Part shown: positions 39,561 to 52,630 of the stretch, piece after piece
Layout: every line of letters begins with the position of its first letter
Numbering within the stretch: the stretch's first letter is position 1
DNA from: the human T2T-CHM13v2.0 reference genome, Homo sapiens
Length of the DNA: 64,000 nucleotides
Reading direction: 5' to 3' (one strand)
Assembly: GCF_009914755.1 (NCBI RefSeq)
Contig: NC_060933.1
Made by a program: the position numbers and the translations under genes
The notes under the pieces: generated by a model
What the model was told of the DNA's origin: nothing
The model's database searches: none
Seen by the model: only the letters and a program-made list of their open reading frames with translations

Positions 39561-40000
39561 TTAAGTATAACTTAAAAAACTGAAAACCATGGTACAAATT
39601 ATAATATTTCCAGAAGATAGAAACCAAAAAATAAAGCACCAAATACTAAAACACAGATCTTAACAATACACTGAAAAAAACTGAATATAATATATTTTAA
39701 AATTTGGAACATGTTTTTAATAAAATACTTTTTTAAAGCCCATAATGAATTCTTTTAAAAGTTAGTCTCTAATTTATCCTTCATAATAATCTGGGTTTTC
39801 AGATATCAGGTCTGCTTAAGGTGGGGTCCATCTTCACCATTTGGAACTATATCCATCTAACACTTGAAAAGTGAGCCATCCTTCACTGTATATAATTCAT
39901 ACATTTCACCACTCTCTGTCTTTATAGTTAATGAAGATTGTGGTTGTCTTTATTGTATTGATAACTTATAACGGTATTTACATCAAACCAAGTTGACCTC

Positions 40001-40392
40001 TATGTTAGGTCATTCTCATACGGCTGTGAAGAAATTTATAAGAAAAGAGGTTTTTAATTGACTCATGGTTCTGCAGGCTGTACAGGAAGCATAGCAGCAT
40101 CTGTTCTGGGGAGGTCTCAGGAGTCTTCCAATTATGGTGGACGGTAAAAGGGGAGCAGAGCACATAACATGGCAGAAGCAGGAGCAAGAGAGGGAGAAAG
40201 TGGAGATGGGAGGTGCTACACACTGTTAAATGACCAGACCTTGTGAGAACTCAGTATCACAAAGACAGCACCCAGCCAAGAAGGATTCGCCACCATTATT
40301 CAAATGCCTTCCACCCGGCCCCACCTCCAGCACTGGGGGTTACAATACAACATGAGATGTGGAAGCAGGGGCATAATATCCAAACTATATTA
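40001..40392 (-). mobile_element. MSTB/MSTA-type solo LTR
   Basis: 'ttgactcatggttctgcaggctgtacaggaagcat'...'atccaaactatatta'. Confidence 0.85.
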
Positions 40393-40799
40393 ATCTATAA
40401 TGTCCTTTTATGCCTTCCTCTGATCTTTTAGAACCTGTAGCCAAACTGTACTTATAATTATGCAGTTCAAATGCAACATAGAAATACTATTGACTTTTAT
40501 CATTAACAGTTTTTCCTTTGGGGAAATTTTTTTAAAGCCTATAATTTTTTTTTTTGTAGTTTAGAGAAAATCCAAAAGGAGGTGTTTACTCAGAAGAATC
40601 AGCCAACCAATCGAAGAAACAACAAAACAGATTCTTAGAAAGAAAACAAAACAAACAAACAACAACAACAAAAAACTTACTTCAGTGTAGTTTCAGACTT
40701 GCCTTACACAGAGTAGGCAAACAAAAAAATATTTGTTAAACTGAATTATATGGGCTATTTCTTGTGTCAAGAACATTTCTTTGCAGTAATCTTTGACAT

Positions 40800-41221
40800 T
40801 TTTGCAAGTTGAACTCTCTGGAAAACAGACTCAGATAGCAAGCAAAGTACAGGAGATTTACTAGGATGTCTCCTAGGGCTGGGCAGAGGGAGAAGCTGGT
40901 TGGCAACGCAGTGTCACCCAGAGTTTTAGCCAACAACATGAGGGGCTCTGAGGCTGAGTTGGCCCTTCCGGTTTGTGTCCTGTTATGATGAGAGGCCTCA
41001 GGTCTTTGTAATCTGTCATTGATTAGTCACTGAATATTGGCTGCTACCTTCCCTCCCTGGGAAGGTGGCCTGACCATGGACAAGGCAACTTTCTCCAGCT
41101 CATGGCAAATTCTGATAGGGCTGACCACAGAGATAGCACTACTTCCAGCAGCTGGTGGAATAAGTCTTGGTATCCTGACGTGGGATCTGAGAGAAGTAGC
41201 ACTGTATTCATATTCACTACA
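40800..41221 (-). mobile_element. LTR16-family solo LTR relic
   Basis: 'gggcagagggagaag...ggggctctgaggctg...ccagcagctgg...cactaca'. Confidence 0.6.
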
Positions 41222-41333
41222 AACACTGTGGCCGGTGAGTGAAATGAAACAAAAATAACAAGGAATATTTTCACTGTGCTGTTCCATTCCAACACTCCAT
41301 CTTTCAAACTCGAATTCTGTTAAATGACAGACA

Positions 41334-41335
<2 letters not shown>

Positions 41336-41370
<35 letters not shown>
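41336..41370. repeat. (TG)17 microsatellite
   Basis: Direct read. Confidence 0.95.
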
Positions 41371-41372
<2 letters not shown>

Positions 41373-43549
41373 CTTTCATTACTCTCAACTCACAGTTAGG
41401 CTTGTGAGATCTGACTTGGCTCATTATTGTGACAATTTCCTATTCATTATCTCACATAGCAGGGAGCCTCTTTGGACCATCAAGCTTATAAATTTACAAT
41501 TGCACATTAATCCGTGGAATATAATTGCTGGTTGCTGCCTCTAGGCTTGGGGCACACTGTAGATGCCAGGATATACACAATTACCCCCAAGGTTTGCTTA
41601 GGAGCCTTTGCCCATCCAACAAGAAAATGAGCATTGCAATAATTGAGAAAATGAGCACCTTGGGTCTTTCTCTTGCTGGCAATGGTTAGAAACTCTTATC
41701 ATTGAATTGCCCTGCTTTGTTTCTTGTTTTCTCTCATAAATATTGCTAGGAAATAAGCTATTTGGTACACAAAGAGTTTTAGCTTGTTTGGGTTGAGGAA
41801 GGTAAACTACAAGATGAAGAAGTGTTAAGTCCTAATGCCTTACAGACTCAGCACTCAGACTTTTTTATTAAAGTTTTTTCACTAGATGGACCAGGGAGGT
41901 GGAGAGGGGCAAAATTTTACCTGGGAGTTGTGGAAATCACATAAAAGTGTATACATAATTTTGGATACATATACATTCGTACATTTTTCTTTCTTTTCTT
42001 TTCTTTTTCCAGAGGGAATTGTCCATAGCTATCATTAGATGCTCAAAGTGATCTATGACCACAAAAGTTTAGGAATTATTATATTAAAACAAAAAAGACT
42101 CATTTATTTTCTGATTTTAAGCTATCATCTTTCTATGCCTAAACATGTATTTGGACACCCCACAAGCACCTTATTCCACTTTAAATGACTAATTCATCAC
42201 AAGTGAACTCTATCACTATTTTCTCTATTTCTGTAAGTCATATCACATTCATTTAAATTGTTCAGTTCAGAAATGGAAGCATTAGTCCCTTCTCGTCTTC
42301 TTTGTTTTCCACATCTGAGATCCATGTGATGACATGGCTGAAAGACAAAGTATCTTCCATTTTATAAATCTTACTTACCTTGGTGGTCTTTGGGTATATC
42401 ACTGCTCAGAATGTTTTATGAAGCCCCATTCAATGATAAAATGGTTTTTGGACATGATAATTATAAAGGAAGAGTAGTAGAAAATGTTTCTTTATAAAGG
42501 TACCTAATCCTGGGAAGTCCAAGGATAGAAGGAAAGAGCCAGTGAGACCTGGTTTATGAGACAATGCTTAGATAGCTTTTTTTTTTTTTTTGGTGAATGG
42601 ATTAGATGGCCTTTCACAGACCAGTCTAAATTTTGCTGTGTTAGCTGTAGCATGGTGATTATGAAGGGGAAGGTATATGTGTTGGAATCAACCACAGGTA
42701 GGCTGGGTTTGGGAGGCCAATAATCTTTGAAGTGATTATGTGAACTCTGCTCAGTAGCAATGCTTTATATTTAGTCGGACAAAAGGGCCCATTCAAATTC
42801 ACAAGTTTTGGAAAACACAAATGCCAGGTGAGCAAAGAAAAGAACATGAAAGCACAGGTTCTTGTTCCTAGGAAAGTTAGGTAGAATTTCCCAGTGTCTT
42901 ATGAAATTTGCTACATATTCCTGAGCAGGAAATTGTTCTGCTAAGTCCTCTTTTTCTGTTTCCCATATATCCTTGCAATAGATTTATCCTTATAGGCAAT
43001 TTGTGTATCTCTTCTTTAGAACTCACAAGAGTCTGGCCTGCTGGACTAGTAAAACTTCTCTAGCTAAAAGGGAATATTTCCCTGCCAGTGATCTCATAGG
43101 TGTTTACTGATGCCTGAAATTCCAGCAACAATATACAAAGCCTTTTATTCAACAAGGAAAGATGCAGAATAGGGAAGGAGAAGAAGGAAGTCAACTAATG
43201 TTTGCTGTGCATCTATCATGGCTCTGGCACTATGCTAAGCCCCATATTCAGATGACTTATTTGTGCACTTGATTCTACTTTCCAAGGTAGTTATACTTAT
43301 CCCAGAAGAAAAAACTAATGCCCAGTGAGTTTACGCAACTTGCCCAAAGTCAGTCACTTTTTTCCTTAGGGGATTTTGTTATCACTGTGACAGCGGCACT
43401 GTGACCCAGGATGATTCACTTAAATGTTTGGTACTTAGGGAAGCCCTTTACCTCTATCCTTTTGTTTAGATTTGGACCAGGAGGGAAGAGAGTAAAACTA
43501 GCTATGAAGGAGAAAGAAAGTTTGATGTAGGACTTGTTATTTAATAATT

Positions 43550-44110
43550 TCTTTAGCTCCAAGTCAACTCTCTTATGCTCCATTGTTTGATACTGCTGTG
43601 GGGCCCTGCAAACTATATTTTCTAGCCTCCTTTGTCTAGGTGGTTTTTTTTAATAGAACCAGCCAATAGGGGGTACCGTAGAGAGACAGGAAAGTGGGTG
43701 CAAGGGAGGAGGCACTTTATCTTTTTGCCTGTTCCTACACTGTGGGACCAGAAACAGTGTCAGCCCTAGCAGCAGTTGTTGGCTGCAACATCTGAGGATT
43801 TCCAATACTTTAAGAACCAGTGTCTTCATATTCCCTCATAGGAATCACCTGCAGGGAATGGTGTGCTCCCTCCTCAGAAGCCTACAAACCAACTCCATGG
43901 GGCTCCCGGTCCAAGCTCCTAAGTTGTTGTAGCCCCACTTCTTCCCTTTCTTCTAGCCTTAGAGTGGCAGCAGCTTCCTCCCTGGGCTACCTCAGTGTTC
44001 CCTTTTTTGTTCTTTCAGTTGTACAATGCCCTTTGCACCGAATTCCTTGTATGAAAACCTCTGTTTTTGAAATGTTATGATGGTTTTTGTTTTCCTGACC
44101 AGAAATTGAT
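43550..44110 (+). mobile_element. LTR33-family solo LTR relic
   Basis: 'ccctgcaaactatattttct...ccaataggggg' and the 3' part 'aattccttgtatgaaaacctctgtttttgaaat...ttttcctgacc'. Confidence 0.55.
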
Positions 44111-44389
44111 GGTGTGTGTTTGTATGGCTAACATGGAGAGTAGATAGACAATTGGGAGTACCAAAGGCTTGAGAAAAATAAAAGTCTTTAATTTGGCCCA
44201 GCAAACTGCTAGCTGCATCAATGGATTGTTAGAAGAGGAGTTGTCTTGACCGAGAGGCCTTTGGAAGAAAATGTCTGAATTTCATGTCATCCACAGTAAG
44301 AGCGTTTCTTAATGCATGAAGGCATGAGATCTAGAAAGAGGCTCTGAATATTATGTCTCTTTAAAGTAAATGCAAAAAGTCACACACAG

Positions 44390-44791
44390 TGTCTTAGTCC
44401 ATTTATGCAGGTATGTCAAAATACCTTAGACTGGGTAATTTATAAAGCAGAGAAAGTTATTTTTTCCCAGTTCTGGAGCCTGGGAAGTCCAAGATCAAGC
44501 CACCAGCATCATGTCTGGTGAGGGCTGCTCTCTGCTTCTAGGATGGCACCTTGATGCTGCATCCTCTGGAGCGGGAGAACACTGTATCATCACATGGCAG
44601 AAGGGATGGAAAGGCAAAAAGGGGTGAATTTCCTCCATCAAGCCCTTTTATAAGGCTACCTAATCTCATTCATGAAGGCGTAGCCCTCATGACTCAATCA
44701 CCCCTAAAGGTCACACCTTTTAATAATGTTGCATTGGAAATTAAGTTTCAACATGAATTTTAAAGGAGTCAAAAACATTTAAATCATGGCA
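44390..44791 (-). mobile_element. MSTC/MSTD-type solo LTR
   Basis: 'tgtcttagtccattt'...'aaatcatggca' with a perfect TSD CACAG (44385-44389 / 44792-44796). Confidence 0.88.
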
Positions 44792-44844
44792 CACAGGAAC
44801 CAGATTTCCATATTATAGCATATTTTTACTATCTCAGGTGGTAA

Positions 44845-45316
<472 letters not shown>

Positions 45317-46910
45317 GCCTGTGTTTCCTTTCTACTCAAATGTCAGTGAATGCTTTCAACTGTTTTCTAAGGGAACAAATTACCTATTTATCGAAATGAG
45401 TTAACTGTAGCTTGCTGACAAACAGTATTCCATTTGCAGGAGCAGCTGTCAGATTTAAAACATTAAAATCCCATCAAAAACATTTCAGGAAATACAGCCA
45501 AAACCTTACAAATGACTTTCTAAAATCTGTTCTGCTCTGATGTATTCAAGATAATTAATTGGCATAGTACTTTTCATGTTCTGAGTATGTTTTTTTTAAG
45601 TTGATAAATGTGTTTCAGGTGTTCTCATAGATATATTACCTTAAATTTAACAAATGGACACCACATGCAGTGATAAAAATAAAAATGACCATGATACAAT
45701 GGAGACCTACAATATGTCCAAAAATGATGAAACCTTTTTCCATGCTGGCACAGGGGAAAGCACAATTACTTGTACCTCTCCTGTGTTTAACATTTTCCTT
45801 CACCCTGGTCTCCCATAGAGCTCTTCGGCAGTTCACTAGATGGAATGGCCGAAAGTCCCATGTGGTAGAGTCAAAAGGCCCCTACGTCCTAAACAATTTG
45901 AAATAGTGAACGTCTAGAATTCCAACTAAATCTCAGTTTTCTGAAATGTACTTAATATAATATTGTCCCACAGTTGCTCGACAAAAACAAGATTTTCAAA
46001 GCCAAACAAATTGGGACAGTTAGGCATACTATCACTATTTCCTGGAGGTTTAGCTTGTAAAACACAAGTTAAAGGCTCTGAGAACTCCTGCAGTAAAGAA
46101 ACTGGTTTAAATTTGTGGAAGTAGTAACTTCCACATTTATATGATCATAGAGCCTCTCATCTTTTACATTTTGTATGATCAACACCCCAAACTAATAGTT
46201 GTTGGAACACATTTTTTGGCAATACTGTATATGAATAAAAGGAAGTTAGGTAAAGATATTTAAAGGTCCTTCAGCAAAAGAGTAAAGCCTAGAGAAGATG
46301 AGATTCTAATAAATATTTACTTTCTGAAAAATATATGGTATTTTATATTAGTTAGATGTCTCTGTTGAAAGTGACAGAAAAACTGTTTCAAAGTGGTTTA
46401 AAGCAAAAATGTTAATTTAGTGTTTCACATTGAAAAATTCAGGGTAGACTTCGCTTCAGACACTGCTAAATTCTAAAATAAAGAAATGTTTTACTTTTAG
46501 TTCTACCATTATTCTCAGAATCCTCGTATAGTCTCTGGAAACCCATCTTATCCATATGTGGCAGCATGACAGCTGTAAAATCTTCAGTCATTTATATTTT
46601 CAGGATCTAGTGTAGTGGGAAAGAGACCCTCTCTTTCCCTCCACGCTAGCTGGAGCTAGTGGTGGAGACACATTCAAATTGAGTACATTTCCCTGGTCTA
46701 TTTTTATATTGTGCTAACAGGAAAAAATATCGAAAACATTTTCAAAGTTACATGTGCTTACTTGAGCATCAGGAGAAAGGGATAAGCTTGGTTGACTGGA
46801 TTCCCATACTGCATCCCGACAAACTGGAAAGAGATCCTGGTTAGAAGCAATCATTGCTTTTATCCAGAGAAAAGCAATCTGTTTCTCTGGATAACCCATC
46901 AATGGAGCAG

Positions 46911-47421
46911 TGTGTTAGTCAGGGTTATCCAGAGAAACAGATATATATATATATATGTCTATATATTTATATATATATATGTATGTATATATATATATAT
47001 AAGTGTGTATATATATATATATATATATGAAGGTATATTATGGGAATTGGCCCACATGATGATGAAGGCTGCGAAATCCTTTAATATGCCATCTGCCAGG
47101 TGGAGAACCAGGAAAGCCTGTGGAGTAATTCAGTGTGAGCCCAAAATTCCAAGAACAAGGCACTCCTTTATCAGACAGCTGGAGAAGATAGATGTCCCAA
47201 CTCAAGGAGAAAAAAATTTGCTGTTCCTTCACCTTTTTGTTCTCTCTGGATCCCCAGTGGATTGGATAATGCTCACCCACGTTGGAGAGAGGACCTTCTT
47301 CACTCAGTCTATTGATTCAAATGCTAATCTCTTTTAGAAATACACCTGGAAATAACGTTTTACCAGTTGTCTGGGCATCCCTTTAACCCATTCAAATTGA
47401 CAGATAAAATTAAGTATCACA
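46911..47421 (-). mobile_element. MLT2 (MLT2B-like, ERVL) solo LTR containing a (TA)n tract (46940-47028)
   Basis: 'tgtgttagtcagggttatccagagaaacag'...'ttgacagataaaattaagtatcaca'. Confidence 0.85.
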
Positions 47422-48099
47422 AGTGGAAAGGAAAGCAGAAGCTCTTAGAAAAAAAATTGTATTGACCATCAAATTCCGTAATATGGCCTTAGTAATTTGC
47501 ATTAGCAGGAGCCCCCAGAGCCACAGAAAGAAGAGGATGAAGATAGAGAAGGAAGAAGGGAAGCCCATGGTTGACCCTCACAGAATCTCCTTCCTTTGGC
47601 TTCTATGATTTCTCCTCTTTCCAGCGTCTATTTCCTCACAATTCTCCATCACTTGTAGGGTTATTCCAGTTCTTCACCTTGCCAGTCTTGCTTTCCCTTC
47701 CAAAACTCCAAGAATATCTATCTGTCCTTGCAAATGATTACATAGCCCCTGACTTGTGGCTTGGGTTTGGAGTCTCCTTATTTCCGGTGTATGGTGAGAA
47801 ATGGAATGTAAATTATTGTTTATTGTAAATAGAAAAGATATTTTCCTGGCAATGCAACATAGCAGTCTGAGAAATTTCCCTTCTCCCCACCTGTGTGAAT
47901 ACTTTATATGTATTGAAGTTCAATCTGTGTCTATGTGTGTGTATATCTTGATAATTTTATGTGTTGTTTCCCAAAGTACCTCATAGATTGGCTCCTCTCA
48001 TCCTTCTAGCCTCCTCTCTCACCACTCCCTTACTTACACTTTTTGCTTCATCAGTGCAAGCCTCCTGTATTTCCACATGCATTCTCTTACTATGTACCA

Positions 48100-48470
48100 C
48101 TGTCTTTGGTTGAGGTTTCCTCAATACAGCCTGTGCCAGTAATTTATTGAGGGAGTGCTCTTAGGAGAAACCTGGAGAGGATTGAGGGAAGCAGGATAGA
48201 ACAGAGAAAGACATCAGGCAAACATGTGGGTTCAACTGACCCTGTGGGGAGCTCTGGAACATGAAGAATACCACAAAGTTTTTCTGTCTTAAGGTAATTG
48301 GACTAGCCTTTTATTTCTCCATATCATTCAGTCATTGGTTGAGGATTATTTTTGAAAAGGGCATACCCTGCCATTCCTAGATGAGCCACCTCTCATGAGC
48401 TGAGAATGAGTCTCAGGAGCAGAGTGCAGCTCTGAACTGTTAAGAACCAATACTGAGAGCGACTGGAAGA
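48100..48470 (-). mobile_element. LTR16-family relic
   Basis: 'tttattgagggagtgctcttaggag...ggggagctctgga...cagtcattgg'. Confidence 0.5.
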
Positions 48471-48566
48471 TCTATTAACAACTTTCCTAAGTGCTTAATT
48501 ACAGAATTCACTCCCTGAAAATTCATCAGCCCTTCCTCATGCTTTATTGCTTAAAAATTGACCTAT

Positions 48567-48696
48567 ACTGTGCTTTTCAAACTTTAGTGTGCATCAGAAT
48601 TGCCTTGAGCATTCGTTAAAACTCAGATTGCTTACTCTTGCCCTCAGAGCTTCTGATTCAGTAGCTCTTAGACTGGGCCTAGTAATTTATACTTCT
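48567..48696. mobile_element. MER5A-like DNA transposon, left part (right part at 56668-56745)
   Basis: 'tcaaactttagtgtgcatcagaat...ttctgattcagtag' continues after the L1 as 'tttctaacaagttc...gatgctgatggtc...cacacttt'. Confidence 0.8.
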
Positions 48697-51600
48697 TTCT
48701 TTCTTTTGGTGTAATTTTTATTTCTCAAAATTTTTCATTTTTAAACGTTATTTTAAAACACGTTTGTAGGTACATTGTAGGTGTGTATATTTATGGGATA
48801 CATAAAATGTTTTGATACAGGCATGGCAACATGAAATAATCACATAGTGAAGAATGGGATATCCATCCCCTCAAGCATTTATTTTTTGAGTTACAAACAA
48901 TGCAATTATACTCCAAGTTATTTTAAAATATACAGTTAAGTTATTATAGATTATAGCCACCCTATTGTGTTATCAAACAGGCTGTCTTATTCATTATTTC
49001 CACTTTTGTTGTACCAATTAACTATCTCCATCTCCTACCCCATCCCCATTACCTTTCCAGCCTCTAGTAACTATCCTTCTATGCTCTATGTCCATGAGTT
49101 CAATTGCTTTGATTTTTGGATCCCACAATAAGTGAGAACATGCAATGTTTGTCTTTCTGTGCTTGGCTTATTTTACTTAACATAATTATCTTCAGTTCCT
49201 TCAATGTTGTTGCAGATGACTGGATCTCATTCTTTTTTCGTGGCTAAATAGGGCTCCATTGTGCATATGTACCACGTTTGCTTCATGCATTCATCTGTTG
49301 ATGGACTCTTAGGTTGCTTCCAAATCTTAGTTATTTTTACAGTGCCACAACAAACATAGGAGTGCAGATATCTCTTTGATATAATGATTTCCTTTCTTTT
49401 GGGTGTATACCCCATAGTGGGATTCCTGGATCATATGGTAGCTCAGTTTTTAGTTTTTTGGGGCAACTTCCAAACAGTTTCCCAGCATGGTTGAACTAAT
49501 TTACATTCCCACCATCAGTGTACAAGGGTTTCCTTTTGTCCACATCCTCACCAACATTTGTTACTGCCTGTCTTTTGGATATGAACCATTTTAACTGGGG
49601 TGAGATATCTCATTGTAGTTTTGATTTGCATTTCTCTGATGATCAATGATATTGAGCACTTTTTCATATATCTCATTGCCATTTGTACGTCTTCTTTTGA
49701 GAAATATCTATTCAAATCTTTGCTCGTTCCTTAATCAGATTCTTAGATTTTTTTCCTATATAGTTGTTTTAGATCTTTATATATTCTGGTTATTAATCCC
49801 TTGTCAGAGAGGTAGTCTGCAAATATTTTTTTCCCATTCTGTGGGTTGTCTCTTCATTTTCTTGATTGTATTCTTTGCTATGCGGAAGCTTTTTAACTTG
49901 ATGTGATCCCATTTGTCCACGTGTGTTCTGGTTGCTTGAGCATGTGGGGTATTGCTGAAGAAATCTGCCGAGACCAGTGTCCTGAAGATTTTCCTCAATG
50001 TTTTCTTGTATTACTTTCATAGTTTAATGTCTTAGATTTAAGTCTTTAATCCATTTTCATTTGATTTTTGTATATGGTAAAAGATAGGGGCCTTGTTTTA
50101 TTCTTTTGCATATGGATATCCAGTTTCCCAGTACCATATATTGAAGAGATTGTCTTTTCCCCAGTGTAAGTTATTGGCACCTTTCTTGAAAATGAGTTAA
50201 CTGTAGGTGTGTGAATTTATTTCTGTGTTCTTTATTTTGCTCCATTGGTATATATGTCTGTTTTTATGCCGGTACTATGCTGTTTTAGTTACTATATTTC
50301 TGTAGTATGATTTGAAGTTAGGTAGTGTGATTCCTCCAGTTTTGTTCTTTTTGCTCATGACAGCATGGCTATTCTGCGTCTTTTGTGGCTCCATATAAAT
50401 TTTAGGATTTTTTTTTCTATTTCTATGAAGAATGTCTGGTATTTTGATAGGAATTGCATGGAATCTATATGTTGCTTTGGGTAGTATGGACATTTTTAAC
50501 AATATTGATTCTTCCAATCCATGAACATGCAATATTTTTCCATTTTTGGTGTCCTCTTCAATTTGTTTAATCAGTGTTTTGTAGTTTTTATTATATATAT
50601 CTTTCACTACTAATTAATTACTTACTTACTTAATTAATTACTAATTAATTACTAGGTATTTAATTTTATGTGTGGCTATTGTAAATGGGATTACTTTTTA
50701 ATTCTTTTTTTCAGATTGTTCACTGTTGACATATAGAAATGCTACTAATTTTTGTGTGTTAATTTTATACCCTGCAACTTTACTGTATTTGTTTCTCAGT
50801 TCTAATAGTTTTCTTGTGGAGTCTTTAGATTGTTCCAAGTATGAGATCATATCAGCCGACAAGAATAATTTGACTTTTTCCTTTCCAATTTGGATCCCCT
50901 TTATATCTTTCTTTTGTCTGATTGTTCTTGTTGGGACTTCCAGTGCTATGTTGAATAACGGTATTAAAAGTGGACATCCTTGTTGTGTTCCAGATTTTAG
51001 AGGAAAGGCTTTTATATTTTCCCCATTCAGTATGATACTAGCTGTGGGTCTGTCATATATGGCTTTTATTAAGTTGAGGTATGTTTCTTCTATCCCCAGT
51101 TTTTTGAGGATTTTTATCATGAAGAAATGTTGAATTTCATCAAATTTTAGTTATCTATCAATTGAAATGATCGTATAATTATATTCTTCATTCTGTTGGT
51201 GTGATGTATCATGTTGATTGATTTGCATTTGTTGAACCGTCCTTGGATCCCAGGGATAAATCCCACTTGGCCATAATAAATGACCTTTGTAATGCATTGT
51301 TAAATTTTGTCTGCCAGGATTTTGTTGAGAACTTTTGCATCAATATTCATTAGAAACATTGGCCTGCATTTTTTTTAATGTGTCTTTGTCTGGTTTTGGT
51401 TTCAGAGTAATACTGGCCTCGTAGATTGAGTTTGGAAGTACTCCTTCCTTCTCTATTTTTCAGAATCGTTCAAGTAGGATTGGTATCATCTTTAAATGTT
51501 TGGTAGAATTCAGCAGTGAAGCCTTCAGGTCCTGGGATTTTCTTTACTAGAAGACTTTTCCTGATGTCTTCAATCTTGTTACTTGTTATTGGTCTATTCA

Positions 51601-52599
51601 GATTTTGGATTTCTTCCTGGTTCATTCTTGGTAGGTTGTTTACATCTAAGAATTTGTCCATTTCTTCTAAATTTTCCAATTTATTGGCATGTATTTGTTC
51701 ATATTAGCCACTAATGAACCTTTGAGTTTCTGCAATATAAGTTGTAATGTCTCCTTTTTCATCTCTGATTTAATTTATTTGAATCTTCTCTGTTTTTTTC
51801 TTAGTCTGGCTAAGGGTTGGTCGATTTTGCTTAAGTTTTTAAAAAACAACTTGTTTCATTTCATTGATCTTTCATATTGTTTTCTTCATTTCAAATTTAT
51901 TTGCTCTTGCTTTTCTAGTTCTCTACAATGTGTTGTCAGATCATTTGAAGTTTTTCCTCTTTTTCTTGATGTAGGCACTTATAGCTATAAAGTTCCCTCT
52001 TGGTACTACTTTTGCTGTATCCCATCGGTTTTGATATGTTGTGTTTCCATTATTATTTGTTTCAATAAATTTTGTAATTGCCTTCCTAATTTCTTTATTG
52101 ACCCACTGGTTGTTCAGGAGCATATTGTTTAATTTCCATCTATTTGTATAGTTTCCAAAATTCCTCTTGTTATTAATTTCTAGTTTTATTCCATTGCGGT
52201 CAGAGAAGATGCTTGATATTATTTAAATTTTTTGAATGTTTTAAGGCTTGTTTTGTTACCTAACATATGGTCTGTCCTTGAGAATGATCCATGTGCTGAG
52301 GAAAAAGATGTGTATTATGGCTGGGCGTGGTGGCTCACTCCTGTAATCCCAGCACTTTGGGAGGCTGAGGAGGGCAGATCACAAAGTCAGGAGATCGAGA
52401 TCATACTGGCTAACACGACAAAACCCCGACTCCACTAAAAATACAAAAAATTAGCTGGACGTGGTGGTGGGCGCCTGTAGTCCCAGCTACTCAGGAGGCG
52501 GAGGCAGGAGAATGGCGTGAATCCAGGAGGCGGAGCTTGCAGTGAGACGAGATCGCGCCACTGCACTCCAGCCTGGGCGACAGAGTGAGACTCAGTCTC

Positions 52600-52630
<31 letters not shown>

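Noticed and set aside
46792-47337. Longest ORF in the window (181 aa)
   Set aside because: It reads through a (TA)n tract (YIYIY...) and an MLT2 LTR from a non-ATG start. Chance ORF.
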